DNA of 64,000 nt, taken from contig OX597822.1 of the NCBI GenBank assembly GCA_951406725.2, positions 82,956,001 through 83,020,000 of the forward strand, read 5' to 3'. A model generated the notes under the pieces. The model had not been told where the DNA came from and did no database searches. It saw nothing but the letters and a program-made list of their open reading frames with translations. Position numbers and translations under genes: made by a program. Of the stretch, positions 63,735 through 64,000 are shown one piece after another (within the stretch, counting starts at the first letter, position 1; each line of letters opens with the position of its first letter). The DNA is from Octopus vulgaris. Taxonomy: Eukaryota.

Positions 63735-64000
63735 CATTTTGTCGGTACTTTTCGCGTCCGTAGTTGAGGAAAATCCAAAGCAAGTACATGAGAATTAGGA
63801 AAACGATTCAATTTAAATCACACTTCAATCACAAAACGCCTTCATGAACTAGAAAAGTGTCTAAACGTGTCACTGGGCCCCTCATAATTTGATGGCTCTT
63901 CAGCTCAGTCAATGAGTTGCCCTCTACTCGTTATTGAAGAGAAATCATTCTATGAAGTCATTCCTGGGCAGAATAATAACAAGGGATAAAAAGTGGGTGT
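63735..64000 (+). pseudogene. Mariner transposase fragment
   Basis: VVEENP.../KRFNLNHTSITKRLHELEK.../WAPHNL (WVPHEL motif), frameshifted. Confidence 0.7.

Overview
AT-rich, repeat-saturated animal genomic DNA. The SINE and microsatellite content strongly resembles an octopus (cephalopod) genome; this is an inference. I found no supportable host protein-coding exon, and almost all ORFs in the track are microsatellite or SINE artefacts. The window holds three tRNA-derived SINE groups (here A, B, C), decayed mariner, Helitron, CR1-like, RTE, Hero-like and R4/Dong-like fragments, several TSD-bounded foldback/MITE elements, and very long microsatellites. The most notable signal is a set of at least five sequence-unrelated families of minimal type I hammerhead ribozyme (HHR) motifs. 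They sit in Penelope-like inverted or tandem repeats. One 330-nt, terminally redundant, highly self-complementary unit (39824-40190) looks like a retrozyme with a U3-A8 core variant. Also notable are an R4-like retrotransposon family found three times at (CATA)n microsatellites and multimeric SINE-B arrays with recurrent junctions. All structures were read by eye, and many boundaries are approximate.
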